Shown: one piece after another, positions 19,866 to 31,488 of the stretch | Layout: each line of letters begins with the position of its first letter | Position numbering within the stretch: the first letter of the stretch is position 1 | Source of the DNA: a bacterium | GTDB taxonomy: Bacteria; Patescibacteriota; SICC01 | Assembly (NCBI GenBank): GCA_030699935.1 | Contig: JAUYKS010000022.1 | Span: 18,970 to 82,969 of the forward strand | DNA length: 64,000 bases | Direction: 5' to 3' | Notes under the pieces: generated by a model | Told to the model about the DNA's origin: nothing | Databases searched by the model: none | The model's input: only the letters and a program-made list of their open reading frames with translations | Translations under genes and position numbers: made by a program

Positions 19866-21116
19866 TTAGCCTACGCGCCGGATCTTGGCACCCAGGGACC
19901 GCAGCCTGCTTTCGATATCCGAATAACCGCGGTCGATCCACTCGGCGTGATCGACTTCCGTCTCGCCTTCGGCGATCATCGCCGCCACGACCATCGTCAT
20001 CCCCGCTCGTAGGTCGGGACTGCCGATCTTCGTACCTCGAAGTTTCGTCGGTCCCGTCACCCGGATGCGGTGCGGGTCTTCTACCTTGATGTTCGCCCCG
20101 AGCGCCTGGAGACCTTTCACGTACCCGAAACGCTCCTCATACATCCAGTCGTGGATCAGGCTGGTTCCCTGCGCCTGGGTGCAGAGTGTCGCGAGTGGCG
20201 CCTGCAGGTCCGACGGAAAAGCCGGCCAGAGGTTCGTCTTTATCTCCACCGCCTTGAGCGCGTGCGGGGGTTTGACCGTGGCCGAATCCCCTTTCGTCAT
20301 GAAGTTGATCCCGGCTTCCCGCAGTTTGATCGGAATCACCGCGAAGTTGTCGGAATCGATCCCTTCGATCGTGAGTTCGCCGCCGGTCACCGCGGCCGCG
20401 ATCATCCAGGTCCCCGCCTCTATCTCGTCGCAGCGGATCGTGTGTTCGGCGCCGCCAAGCTGCTCCACGCCTTCGATGCGGAGGCGGTTCGTCCCCGCGC
20501 CGTCGATCTTCGCGCCCAGCTTGATCAGAAACTCCATAAGGTCGGTGACGTGGAGTTCCGAGGCGGCGTTCCGGATCTCCGTCCGTCCGGACGCGAGTAC
20601 CGCTGCCATCGCCGTGCTTTCCGTACCGGTCACCGAGGCTTCCTCCTGGAAAATTTCCGCGGCGGCGAGTTTCCCGGACAGTTCGTAGTGGCCGTCGTAG
20701 CGCTTCAGCTTCGCGCCGAGCGCTTGGAGGCCGCCGAGGTGGACGTCGATCGGGCGTTTCCCAATGATGTCGCCGCCCGGATGGACCATCCGGACCGTGC
20801 CGAAGCGGGCCAGGACCGGACCGAGCATGGTGATCGATGCCCGCAGCCGGACCGCGAGATCGTCCTCGATTGTCGCCGGCCGGAGCTCGGACGGGTCGAG
20901 CCGGACCGTCCCCGAATCGCCTTCAATCTTCATGCCGAAGCCCCGTAGGATCTCCAGCATCACGGCCACGTCGCTGATCTTCGGCACGTTGTGAAGCGTC
21001 ACCGGTTCGGTGGCCAGGAGGCAGGCCGGCAGAACCGCCAGGACCGCGTTCTTGCTACCTCCGACACGGACCGTTCCGGAAAGCCGCGTCGGTCCGGTGA
21101 TGACGAACTTGCTCAT
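19866..21116 (-). CDS. murA: UDP-N-acetylglucosamine 1-carboxyvinyltransferase
   Basis: GSKNA, LRAS, PGGDIIGKRPID (Asp at the usual Cys position), DLRAG, IDRGY. Confidence 0.95.
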   Translation of the reverse strand: MSKFVITGPTRLSGTVRVGGSKNAVLAVLPACLLATEPVTLHNVPKISDVAVMLEILRGFGMKIEGDSGTVRLDPSELRPATIEDDLAVRLRASITMLGPVLARFGTVRMVHPGGDIIGKRPIDVHLGGLQALGAKLKRYDGHYELSGKLAAAEIFQEEASVTGTESTAMAAVLASGRTEIRNAASELHVTDLMEFLIKLGAKIDGAGTNRLRIEGVEQLGGAEHTIRCDEIEAGTWMIAAAVTGGELTIEGIDSDNFAVIPIKLREAGINFMTKGDSATVKPPHALKAVEIKTNLWPAFPSDLQAPLATLCTQAQGTSLIHDWMYEERFGYVKGLQALGANIKVEDPHRIRVTGPTKLRGTKIGSPDLRAGMTMVVAAMIAEGETEVDHAEWIDRGYSDIESRLRSLGAKIRRVG

Positions 21117-21580
21117 GATCCCGGCGTTTGCGAACGTCCGCCGCGGCCGCGCCGCCGCGTGCCGGCCAGTTCGACCGCCCGCAAACGGGCGAGGTGTTTC
21201 TGGAGTTCCGCTTGCGCCTCGGCCAGTTCCTCGCGCTCGAGCTTGCCGGCCATCGCTTGTTCGGCGCGTTTGCGGGCCTGCTCGGCTCGTTGCCGGTCGA
21301 TGTCGTCCGCCCGTTCGGCCGTATCGGCCAGTACGGAGATCGAATCGCCGGAGACCTTCAGGAATCCGCCGGAGACCGCCAGATGCTGTTCGTCTGCGCC
21401 GTCCTTGCCCGTGCGGATCGTCAGCACGCCCGGCCGGATCACGGAGACCAACGGCACGTGGTCAGGTAGCACGGTGATCTCGCCGTCGGTGGTCGGGATG
21501 GTCACCGACCGCACGGGACCGTCCGCGACCGTGCCGGTCGCCGTCACAACGCTGAGTTCGGTGGTCTTGGCGTCTGCCAT
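21113..21580 (-). CDS. atpC: F1 ATP synthase epsilon subunit
   Basis: GEITVLPDHVP, AVSGGF, C-terminal helical hairpin. Confidence 0.95.
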   Translation of the reverse strand: MADAKTTELSVVTATGTVADGPVRSVTIPTTDGEITVLPDHVPLVSVIRPGVLTIRTGKDGADEQHLAVSGGFLKVSGDSISVLADTAERADDIDRQRAEQARKRAEQAMAGKLEREELAEAQAELQKHLARLRAVELAGTRRRGRGGRSQTPGS

Positions 21581-21590
21581 GTCATATATG

Positions 21591-23048
<1,458 letters not shown>

Positions 23049-23087
23049 CTACCGCACCCGATTGTTCCATGCAGTATCCTGTAAGCC

Positions 23088-24371
23088 ATGTCCCCCAAAC
23101 CCCGTAACCGCGATCGTCTCTGGGTCTACCTGCTTTCGATCGGGCTCTTCGTGGGTATCGCGCTGCTCGCCCTGCTCGTAACCCGAGGCTATGCCGTCGA
23201 TTGGGATTCCTTCGCCATCCAGAAGCGCGGCGTGATCGTTCTGAAATCGGATCCCGACGCAGCGGTGATCACCCTCGACGGCAAGCGGCTCGACAAACGC
23301 ACCAACGCGCGGCTGTCGCTGGCCGCTAACACGTACCAAGTCACGGTCCAGGCCCCGGGTCGGATTCCTTGGCAACGGGAAATCGGGCTGGACCCCGGCG
23401 AGGCGGTGATCGAAGAGATCGTCCTCTTCCCCGAATCGCCGCCGCGGACCGCCGTGACCAAGCGTCCCGTCGAGCGGTTCGCCATCTCGCCGGACGGCCA
23501 TCGGGCCGCCGCGGTGGTGCGGGAAAGCAAAGCGCCCCGGCGGCAGTTGCAAATGCTCGACATCGGCGGTAGTGGCAGTGGCAGCGAGCGCTTCGGGATC
23601 CGGCTGAACGCGGTGCCAAGCCGGATCGCCGTCAACGACGAAGGGTTCGTGCTGGCCGAGAACGCGGGCCGGATCGCCGTCTATGCGCCGTCCGGAAAAC
23701 GGGTCGCACGGATCTCCGGCGGCGCCGGCGGCCTGGTCGGCGACAAGCTCGTCTTCCAGCGGAAAAGCCGTGTCATCGAGACGGACCGCTCCGGCGGAAA
23801 CGCCCGGACGCTGGCCTCTTCCCCGCGCCGCTGGACCTCGACCGACCGGCGTACCTACGTACTGGATCGTTCCGGCAAGGTAATCGGTATCGCTCCCGGA
23901 GCAAAGGGCGTGCCGGTCGGCGGAACCGATGCGATTGCCGCGATCACTGCGATCGGACCCGACGTCGTCCAGACGGCCGGGCGTGACGGTTCGTTCGGGA
24001 TTATCCGGGGAGATACGTTCAAATCGATAGCGGCGGAAGGCGGAAGCGGCGTGCGGGCGACCTTGTCGCCGGACGGCGCTTTCGTCGCGTACCGTACCAG
24101 TCGCGAACTGCGCCTGTTCGAGTGGCGGACCGGTGCGGACCGGTTGATTACCAGTCTGACCACACCGCCGGATCGGATCGTCGCCCTGCCCGGCGGGCGC
24201 TATGTGCTTTACCGCCGCGGCGTGGAACTGCACGCCATGGCCCGGGACGGCAGCAATGATCGGACGGTCACGAGCCGGATCGGCAGCGAACCGGCCATGT
24301 TCGCGCTGGACCGCATCTTCGCCAAGGACAGCCGGACCGGACGGTTGGTACGAATCGATCTCGCGAAGTAA
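23088..24371 (+). CDS. Membrane-anchored PEGA-domain protein with beta-propeller-like C-terminus
   Basis: N-terminal TM then RGY..D, SDPDAAVITLDG (PEGA-like), SPDG repeats. Confidence 0.7.
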   Translation: MSPKPRNRDRLWVYLLSIGLFVGIALLALLVTRGYAVDWDSFAIQKRGVIVLKSDPDAAVITLDGKRLDKRTNARLSLAANTYQVTVQAPGRIPWQREIGLDPGEAVIEEIVLFPESPPRTAVTKRPVERFAISPDGHRAAAVVRESKAPRRQLQMLDIGGSGSGSERFGIRLNAVPSRIAVNDEGFVLAENAGRIAVYAPSGKRVARISGGAGGLVGDKLVFQRKSRVIETDRSGGNARTLASSPRRWTSTDRRTYVLDRSGKVIGIAPGAKGVPVGGTDAIAAITAIGPDVVQTAGRDGSFGIIRGDTFKSIAAEGGSGVRATLSPDGAFVAYRTSRELRLFEWRTGADRLITSLTTPPDRIVALPGGRYVLYRRGVELHAMARDGSNDRTVTSRIGSEPAMFALDRIFAKDSRTGRLVRIDLAK

Positions 24372-24393
24372 CCGGCTCTACCGGATCCGCGGA

Positions 24394-25203
24394 TTACCGG
24401 ACGCCGGGAATCTTGTCGGGTTCGGCCGCCTGGCCGCTCGTCGGACGGGCGGTGCTCGGATCCGGCCCGGTCTGGAGGGCCTGGACGATCTTCCGGCGGT
24501 AGCTGGTACCGACCGGTACGCAAGTCGACAACGTCAGAGTCGCGACCGGCGTCGGCTTGAGCACCCCGGTCTGGCTGGGAGAGACTTCGAAGATCGCGTG
24601 TACGCGATAGGAGTACTTCCGGCCCTGCGCATAGATGACGATCTCGTCGTTCCGGCGCAGCTGCGGCACCAGCGCAAAGACGTTCCGGAAGTCGGTCTTG
24701 ACCCACCAATAGTACGAGCTGTGTCCGGTCAGGAAGACGTTCCCCCGCTCTCCCGGCTCGGCGGTGCCGGGATACTTGATCACGCCCCTGAGCAACGCGT
24801 CGTTGATGACCGCCTCGGCCGTGGAGCGCGGCCGCACGATCGGTGCCGCTACCCGGATGCGCGGAATATAGAGATAGTCGTCGCAGATCGCACGCGGCCG
24901 TCCTTCGCGGTCGTACGGGATATTGCCCCGGCACGGGACGCTGCCGCCGGCTCCTCCGCCGGCACCGCCGAGCTCGCCGGCCGACCTTACCGTCTCCGGC
25001 AACGTCGCGGTGGAAGCCGTCTGCGGGTTGCTCAGAAGGAAGCTCAGCCGTGTCCATAACGCCGGGAAATTGAATACCAGATACACCGCCACGGCGATCA
25101 GCAGCAGTGGCACCACCCCCATCAGGATCCGCCGAAACAAGCCGCGCGACGGTTCTTCCGCGTACGGCGATGAGGCTTGATAGGTGGTCGGCTGCGAATC
25201 CAT
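24394..25203 (-). CDS. Sortase
   Basis: TM anchor, LYIPRI, GNVFLTGHSS (His), TLSTC (Cys), downstream Arg; start reassigned to ATG 25203 because the longer ORF runs through a tRNA. Confidence 0.92.
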   Translation of the reverse strand: MDSQPTTYQASSPYAEEPSRGLFRRILMGVVPLLLIAVAVYLVFNFPALWTRLSFLLSNPQTASTATLPETVRSAGELGGAGGGAGGSVPCRGNIPYDREGRPRAICDDYLYIPRIRVAAPIVRPRSTAEAVINDALLRGVIKYPGTAEPGERGNVFLTGHSSYYWWVKTDFRNVFALVPQLRRNDEIVIYAQGRKYSYRVHAIFEVSPSQTGVLKPTPVATLTLSTCVPVGTSYRRKIVQALQTGPDPSTARPTSGQAAEPDKIPGVR

Positions 25204-25250
25204 AAGGACGTATGGGCGATTGCTAGGCTTACAGTACCAGGTTAACGCGG

Positions 25251-25334
25251 TGCCGGGGGTGGGATTCGAACCCACAAGCCCTTGCGGGCAACGGATTTTG
25301 AGTCCGTCGCGTATGCCAGTTCCGCCACCCCGGC
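25251..25334 (-). tRNA. tRNA-Leu(CAA)
   Basis: Cloverleaf GCCGGGG...CCCCGGCA, anticodon arm ACGGA-CTCAAAA-TCCGT, long variable arm, GGTTCGAATCC. Confidence 0.97.
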
Positions 25335-25408
25335 GCACGACCATTATCCCACAGACGACGCACCCGCCTACAGCAGCGCGCGGCGGCCGGCGCTGGTAAA
25401 CTGGTCGC

Positions 25409-26629
25409 GTGACCCTGACAATCGTCTTCGCGTCCGCCTTCCTGATCACGCTGGTCCTGCTGGTCCGTTCGCTGTTCCGGCAAGCCGGTGTCCAGGACGC
25501 AATCAAGCAGACCACCGAGCAGGCGGCCAGCCAGTTGCACCTTTGGGAGGAATTCGGCGAGCACCTCGAGGAAGGCGTGGCGTTGGTCTCTCCCGACGGG
25601 ACGATCCAATACTTGAACCGGGCGTTCGCGGAACTGGCCGGCTGGCAAGGACGCTCGGCGCAGAGCCAGCAATTGGAAGCCGTGCTGGACCTCCGGGACG
25701 GCGATAAACGGGTGACAGCGAACGAAAAGAAGCGGAAAACCACTGTCCGGTCGCGTGACGGCGGCGGCACGCCGGCTTATGTGACGAAGCGTAAACTGCA
25801 CCAGCCGGACGGGTTCGAGGTGGTCATCCTGATCGATGCCACAGCCGAGGAGGCGGAGAAGGCCCTGCGGCGGCGGCTGGGGAACCTTTCCTCTTTCGAA
25901 CTGCGGGCGCCAATCACCGCGATCAAAGGGTACGCCGACCTGCTGCTTTCCGGCGACGCCGGCAAGATCGGCAAGGACGCCTCGTCCAAGGTCCGGACCA
26001 TCTTGGAAAGCTCCGACAAGCTGCTGCGGATAATCGAGAACATGGCCCAGGTGGAAGTGCTGTCGGAAAAGAAATCCACCGTCGCCAAGGAGCGGGTCAA
26101 GATAGCCGTCATGGCCCGGGCCTGCGCCGCTCCGTTGCAAAAAGTGAGCGCCGAATCCGGCCGGAAGTTCGCCCTGGATCCGGCACTCCCCGACGTCGAG
26201 ATCGAAGTGGCCCGGACCGACATCGAGCGGCTGCTCGGCATGGTCGTGAACACGGCCGCCCGGACGGCCAAACCGAAAAGCACGGTCAATATGCGGGTCG
26301 ACGGGGACGGCAGCGAGGTCAACTTCCGGATCGAAAACGAGGGGCCGCCGCTGGCTCGTGACCAGCAGCGCAACATCTTCGATTACGTCGGCGCCCAGGG
26401 ATTCGAGGAAGGCATCGGGTACTACGTCGCCCAACAGATCATCTCCGCGCACCAAGCCCGCTTCTCGATGAGCCAGACCAGCTCGGGCAACGCCTTCGTA
26501 CTCAGCCTGCCCCGGGCCGGCAAGCGCGAGGATACGGGCAAGCCGGCGGCCGCCGCCTCCTCGTCCACCGCCAAGCGCGCGGACGAGCCGAAAAAGCGCG
26601 CCGGCAAGAGAGCCGACATCACGAAGTAA
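25409..26629 (+). CDS. PAS-domain histidine-kinase-like protein lacking the phosphoacceptor His
   Basis: TM, PAS (EGVALVSPDGTIQYLNRAF), HisKA-like SFELRAPITAIKGY, degenerate HATPase. Confidence 0.8.
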   Translation: MTLTIVFASAFLITLVLLVRSLFRQAGVQDAIKQTTEQAASQLHLWEEFGEHLEEGVALVSPDGTIQYLNRAFAELAGWQGRSAQSQQLEAVLDLRDGDKRVTANEKKRKTTVRSRDGGGTPAYVTKRKLHQPDGFEVVILIDATAEEAEKALRRRLGNLSSFELRAPITAIKGYADLLLSGDAGKIGKDASSKVRTILESSDKLLRIIENMAQVEVLSEKKSTVAKERVKIAVMARACAAPLQKVSAESGRKFALDPALPDVEIEVARTDIERLLGMVVNTAARTAKPKSTVNMRVDGDGSEVNFRIENEGPPLARDQQRNIFDYVGAQGFEEGIGYYVAQQIISAHQARFSMSQTSSGNAFVLSLPRAGKREDTGKPAAAASSSTAKRADEPKKRAGKRADITK

Positions 26630-26642
26630 CCCGCGGAGCAGC

Positions 26643-28094
26643 TCACTCGCTCAGGACGGCGGTCGGGGTCTTCGGTACCGCGCTTTTCGTAGTGACCCGG
26701 ATTTGCTTGAGCGGCAGACGGAACCCGAACGTGCTTCCCTTGCCTAGCTCGCTTCGCACGATCACCGATCCCTGGTGCTCGTCGATGACCCGCTTGGCGA
26801 CGTACAGTCCCAATCCGGTACCGGACGACAGGACGTCCCGCGCGTTGTCGGCTCGGAAGAACTTGGTGAACATCTTCTTCTGGTCGGCATCGGCGATACC
26901 GATGCCGCGGTCTACGACCTCGAGCATGGCATCCCTATCCTCTTCGCGGACGCTGACCCGGATAGTGCCTCGCTTGCTGTACTTGATCGCGTTGTCGACG
27001 AAGTTCACGACAGCTTGCCTGACCCGCAGCGCGTCGATGTTCAATATGCCGAGCGGCCGCTCCGGCATCTGAAGTTCGATTCGAAGTCCCTTCTTCCGGG
27101 CCAACGACTCGAACTCGCCGACCACGTCCCGCGCGATGTCCTCGAGCCGCGCCACCCCCTTGGTCAGCTCGAACCGTTCCGCGTTGATTCGCGAGACCGA
27201 AAGCATGTCGTTCAGGATGTTGATGACTTCGTTGGTACTTTCCGCGATCTGCTCGACGATCGGCTGCTGCCGCTTCGGCAAGATGCCGAAGTCCTTGTCG
27301 AGCAACATCGCCAGGTAGCCCCGCACCGCGGTAAGCGGACCGCGCAGCTGGTGGGACGCGATCGAGACGAACTCATCTTTGCTGCGATCGGCTTTTCGAA
27401 GGTTCTGATTGGCTTCGCTGAGACGCCGGTTGGTCAAGTCGAGTTCGTCCAGCAGTCCGGCGTTGACCATCGCGACGGCCAGGCCGTCCGTGAGCGCCTG
27501 GAGCGTGTCGCGCTCCGTGTCCGAAAGTTCGTCGTACGGTTTCCGAAGGTAGTACGTCACCACGCCATGGACCTGTTCGTTGGCGATCACGGGATATGCC
27601 ACCAGTCCGGCGATGCCGAGCCGCTTCTGCAGGCGCTTCGCTTCGGCGGCGGCAATCGAGTCCTCGAATTCCTCCAGCGCCCCGCCGGACAGCACCTGTC
27701 GCTGGTTCAACGCTTGGACGATCCGGGGCATTCCCCGGTCCGTCTTCAGGCTCTCCGGCGAAGTGTCCGCCAGGTGGCCCAGGCCCTTGCCGCCGCGGCG
27801 CAGCGCTTCCGAAACCGCCAGCACCGCCAACGACCCGTCCGGCTTGGCTTGGCGGACCGTCCCACCGAGGACCATCTTCTGGTCGGGAATCACGTCGGCG
27901 ATTTCCTGGGCGATGTACCCGAGGGAGAGGTTGGCCAACAGCATCCGGTTAAGCTGCCGGCTGCGGGAAAGGTCGCGATACCTCGCCTCGCAGCGGACGG
28001 ACGCCCGGCGCCTCACCAGGCGGATGCGCATCGACTGGGCCGCCAGCATCACCAGCGACACGGCCAGCAGCGAACTGAGCACGATAACTAACAT
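26643..28094 (-). CDS. GAF-domain sensor histidine kinase
   Basis: SHQLRGPL H-box, NFVDNAIKYS, DRGIGI, GTGLGL. Confidence 0.93.
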   Translation of the reverse strand: MLVIVLSSLLAVSLVMLAAQSMRIRLVRRRASVRCEARYRDLSRSRQLNRMLLANLSLGYIAQEIADVIPDQKMVLGGTVRQAKPDGSLAVLAVSEALRRGGKGLGHLADTSPESLKTDRGMPRIVQALNQRQVLSGGALEEFEDSIAAAEAKRLQKRLGIAGLVAYPVIANEQVHGVVTYYLRKPYDELSDTERDTLQALTDGLAVAMVNAGLLDELDLTNRRLSEANQNLRKADRSKDEFVSIASHQLRGPLTAVRGYLAMLLDKDFGILPKRQQPIVEQIAESTNEVINILNDMLSVSRINAERFELTKGVARLEDIARDVVGEFESLARKKGLRIELQMPERPLGILNIDALRVRQAVVNFVDNAIKYSKRGTIRVSVREEDRDAMLEVVDRGIGIADADQKKMFTKFFRADNARDVLSSGTGLGLYVAKRVIDEHQGSVIVRSELGKGSTFGFRLPLKQIRVTTKSAVPKTPTAVLSE

Positions 28095-28165
28095 GAAAAT
28101 TGGTTAACCATAGCACTTTTTGCCCGGTTTGTCAACCCGCAGGAAGGCATGGGACAATGTGCCTG

Positions 28166-28549
28166 ATGGCAAAAACAAAGATTATCCTGATCGAAGACGA
28201 CGCCGTACTCGCGGACATGTACGTCCAGAAGTTCACGCGTGACGGTTACGACATCTCGCACGCGCTGGACGGCGACGAAGGCATCCGGCTGGTTCGCCAG
28301 AAGCGCCCGGACCTCGTGCTGCTGGATATCATGATGCCGAAGAAAAGCGGGATCGAGGTGCTCGAGGAACTTCGCCACAGCGAGGAGACCAAGGACCTCA
28401 CCGTGGTACTGCTTTCGAACGTCGGGGATCAAGAATACATCGACAAAGGCATGGCGCTCGGCGCGGCCGGGTATCTCCTGAAATCGAACTACACCCCTAG
28501 CGAGGTCGTCGAGAAAGTCGCCGAGATCCTCGTCGGCAAGAAGGCGTGA
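28166..28549 (+). CDS. Single-domain response regulator (receiver)
   Basis: IEDD, LLDIMMP..SG, LSN, YLLK; start MAK at 28166. Confidence 0.93.
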   Translation: MAKTKIILIEDDAVLADMYVQKFTRDGYDISHALDGDEGIRLVRQKRPDLVLLDIMMPKKSGIEVLEELRHSEETKDLTVVLLSNVGDQEYIDKGMALGAAGYLLKSNYTPSEVVEKVAEILVGKKA

Positions 28550-28552
28550 CGT

Positions 28553-29657
28553 TTACGACCGCGGTTCCGGGCCATCGCGCTTGAGCCGGAGCTCCGCTTC
28601 CACGAAGTCGTCGAGGTCGCCGTCCAGGACGGTGTCCGGATCCTTGCGCTCCACATTGGTGCGGAGGTCCTTCACCTGCTTGTACGGATGCAGAACGTAG
28701 GAACGGATCTGGTGACCCCAGGCCGCGGTGTCCCCTTTCTCCAGCTTGCGCAGGTCCGCTTTGTGCTGGGCTTCCGCCAAGGCGAGCAGCTTCCCGTAGA
28801 GGATCTTCGTGGCGGCAGCCTTGTTCTGGGCCTGGGAGCGCTCGTTCTGGGCCTGGGCGACTAATCCGGTCGGCCGGTGCGTGACGCGAACCGCCGAATC
28901 GGTCTTGTTCACGTGCTGGCCGCCCGCCCCGGACGCACGATAAGTGTCGATGCGCAGTTCCTTCTCGTCGAGCTCCACGTCCTTGTCCGGCAGGTCCGGC
29001 AGGACTTCGACCCGGGCGAACGAAGTCTGGCGCAAGCTCTTTGCATTAAACGGCGATTGCCGCACCAGCCGATGCACCCCGGACTCGCCGCGCAGATATC
29101 CGTAGACGTACGGACCCTCGACCCGGATCGTCACGCTCTTGATGCCGGCTTCCTCCCCGCTCGAACGTTCCTCGATCTCCGTCGGCCAACCGCGCCGTTC
29201 CGCGAACCGCAGGAACATCCGCTCCAGCATCTCCGCCCAGTCCTGGGCGTCGGTGCCGCCGGCGCCGGCTTGGATCGTCAGGTGGGCGCTGCGGGCGTCA
29301 TGCTCGCCGGAAAGCAGCGCTTTCGATTCGTGCTCGGTGAACGTCCGCTCCAGCCGGTCCAGGTTCTCCGACAGCTCCCGGGTGGTAGCATCGTCCTGCG
29401 CCGACAATTCGAGCAATTCCCGCAGGTCGCCGAGATCATGCTCGAACCGCTGCCAGAAGCCGACCTGCTCCTCGAGGCTGCTCAGGCGCTGCAATACCGC
29501 ACGCGCTTCCTCCCGATCTTTCCAGATGTCTTCCCGCTCGGACTGTTTCTTCAGGTCCGCCAGTTCGGTTTCCTTGCCGGCGAGGTCAAAGAAACTCCTT
29601 CACCTGGGCAAAACGCTTCGCCAGGTTGTCGATCCGTTCTTGTAGTTCACGTTCCAT
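28553..29657 (-). CDS. prfB: Peptide chain release factor 2 with programmed +1 frameshift
   Basis: 23 codons from ATG 29657 end in AGGAG-TTT-CTT-TGA-C (TGA at 29586-29588); the +1 frame carries SPF and GGQ motifs. Confidence 0.97.
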
Positions 29658-29719
29658 GTCGCCATTATACGAGCCGAAGACGCCACGGCGCGAGGACCGC
29701 GCTGACCTAACGCCAAATG

Positions 29720-29746
29720 AAAAAGGCCCCCTTTCGGGGACCTTTC
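29720..29746 (-). terminator. Intrinsic terminator after the LPXTG gene
   Basis: AAAGGTCCCC-GAAA-GGGGGCC followed by TTTTT on the minus strand. Confidence 0.8.
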
Positions 29747-29769
29747 TCGTTACCGGCAAGCGGGTGGCC

Positions 29770-31488
29770 TTAGCCCTTTACCGATCGGTTACGGATCGTC
29801 TTCTTGAGAGCGTTCCGTTCCCGGCGATACAGGTAGGTGCTACCTGCGATCGCGCTCAGCGCCAGCATCGCGGCGCTCGGGGCACCGGTGACCGGCAGTG
29901 CGCCCTTCACTTGGGCCTGCGGCGGCACCGGCTTCGGCACGACCTTCTTCTGGAACCGCTGGTTGCCGAACTTCAGCACGGCGGTGCCGTCGTCAGTCAC
30001 GTCCGCCTGTTGGACGGTCTGGGTGGTCGGGTTGAATCCGCTCGGAACCTGCTCCTCGGCACGATAGGTGCCGGGATCGAGGTCGCTGAGCAGGATCTCG
30101 CCGTTGTTGTCGGTGGCGTGTTCCGAAGCGGCTCCCGGCCCGGTCGGGCCGTCGCCGTCAACGGATGCCGTGGCGGACGGCTCCGGGGTCGGAGTGTCGT
30201 CGCCGAGGTCCGTTCCCAGGATACCTACGAAGAACGTCACGCCGCCGAGGCGCGGTTCGCCCGCGTCTTCCTGGCCGTTACCGTTCACGTCCTCGAACTT
30301 CACGATCAGGAGGTTACCCTGCTTCGGTCCGGGGGTGGGCGGAGGTGTGGGAGTGGGGGTCGGAGTGGGAGTTGGCGTGGGGGTCGGAGGCGGGGTCGCC
30401 TGGCAGACCAGGTCGGTCCGCACTGAGTCGAAGAATTCCGAACCCTCGGTCTGGTCGGACTTCACCAAGGCGAAGTTCTTGAACCAGTGCGGGCAGGTGG
30501 TCAGCCCGGAACTGATCTGGGCGTTGAAGTAGACCTGCACCCAGGCACCTGCTCCGAAGCTCGGATAGGACAGACCGCCGTTAACGAAGTTGTCCGTCCC
30601 CGGCTGCAGGGTCGGGTTGGCGGATGTCCGCACTTGGACGGATCCCGGGATCAGCGTCACGTTCGCCGGAAGCGCGTCCCGCAGGATCACGTTCGTGGCA
30701 TTCGCCTGGCTGATGTTCTTCAGCTCGACGAAGTACTGCAGTTTCTTGCCTGCCTCGGCCTGGTTGGCGTCGACGAAGTTCGTCTGGCCCGTCATGCGGA
30801 CCTTCTTCTCGAGTTGCAGCTGGGGTCCGGGTACCTCGCCGGTGACGTCCACCAGATAGGTGACCTTGAACGCTTCGCAGAAGCTCGGCTTCAGCGAGTC
30901 CGTGCCGTACGGATCGACCGTAACGACGAACTGGTTGGCCTGCTCTTGGACGGTGTAGCGGCTGGCCGCAAGTTCGGTCGGAGCCTTCCAGTCCAGCGTG
31001 GGCTCGTTACATTTGTCGTTGGCCAGGTTGTTCCGGTACAGCTGGAAGAAACGCGGCCGGTTCAGCGTCAGCGAGGAACCGTCCTTGGAGTTGATCGTGG
31101 ACGTGTCCATGGTCCGGAAGATCGGATTGGACTGGGCGTTCGTAGCGCTGACCTCGGCCTTGTTCTGCAGGCTGGTCGACGGTCCCTTCGGGATCGTCAG
31201 GCGCAGCTTGAAGTTCTGGGCGTTCGGCCCGGTGTACGCGTCCTCGGTGTTGTGGACGATCGTGGAAACCTGGGCTACGTTGCCGTGTCCGGCAGCGACT
31301 TGGTTCATGTAGGCGGTCGGTGAATCCGGTCCGCCGACCAGTCGGAGTTGTTGGTCAACGTCGAGGTTGACCGGTTCGGCCGCAACGGCCTGGAATATGG
31401 TTGCGCCGGCCATCAGGAATGCCAGGGCGACTGAAAAGGTCGCCACCAGCTTCCGGCGGCGGAAGCGCAATCCGAAGATATTCTTCAT
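29770..31488 (-). CDS. Sortase-anchored surface protein (DUF11-like and SpaA/CnaB-like domains, PT linker)
   Basis: Signal peptide, LEKKV..GKKLQY..KN..ATNVILRDALP, (PT)n linker, KFEDVNGNGQEDAGEP, LPVTG + TM + basic tail; strong SD AGGAGGT. Confidence 0.85.
   Translation of the reverse strand: MKNIFGLRFRRRKLVATFSVALAFLMAGATIFQAVAAEPVNLDVDQQLRLVGGPDSPTAYMNQVAAGHGNVAQVSTIVHNTEDAYTGPNAQNFKLRLTIPKGPSTSLQNKAEVSATNAQSNPIFRTMDTSTINSKDGSSLTLNRPRFFQLYRNNLANDKCNEPTLDWKAPTELAASRYTVQEQANQFVVTVDPYGTDSLKPSFCEAFKVTYLVDVTGEVPGPQLQLEKKVRMTGQTNFVDANQAEAGKKLQYFVELKNISQANATNVILRDALPANVTLIPGSVQVRTSANPTLQPGTDNFVNGGLSYPSFGAGAWVQVYFNAQISSGLTTCPHWFKNFALVKSDQTEGSEFFDSVRTDLVCQATPPPTPTPTPTPTPTPTPPPTPGPKQGNLLIVKFEDVNGNGQEDAGEPRLGGVTFFVGILGTDLGDDTPTPEPSATASVDGDGPTGPGAASEHATDNNGEILLSDLDPGTYRAEEQVPSGFNPTTQTVQQADVTDDGTAVLKFGNQRFQKKVVPKPVPPQAQVKGALPVTGAPSAAMLALSAIAGSTYLYRRERNALKKTIRNRSVKG

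Noticed and set aside
28553-29657. prfB as a broken pseudogene
   Set aside because: It has the canonical SD-CTT-TGA-C programmed +1 frameshift.
30325-30400. GGAGTG/GGGGTC-type short tandem repeats
   Set aside because: They simply encode the Pro-Thr linker of the LPXTG protein.
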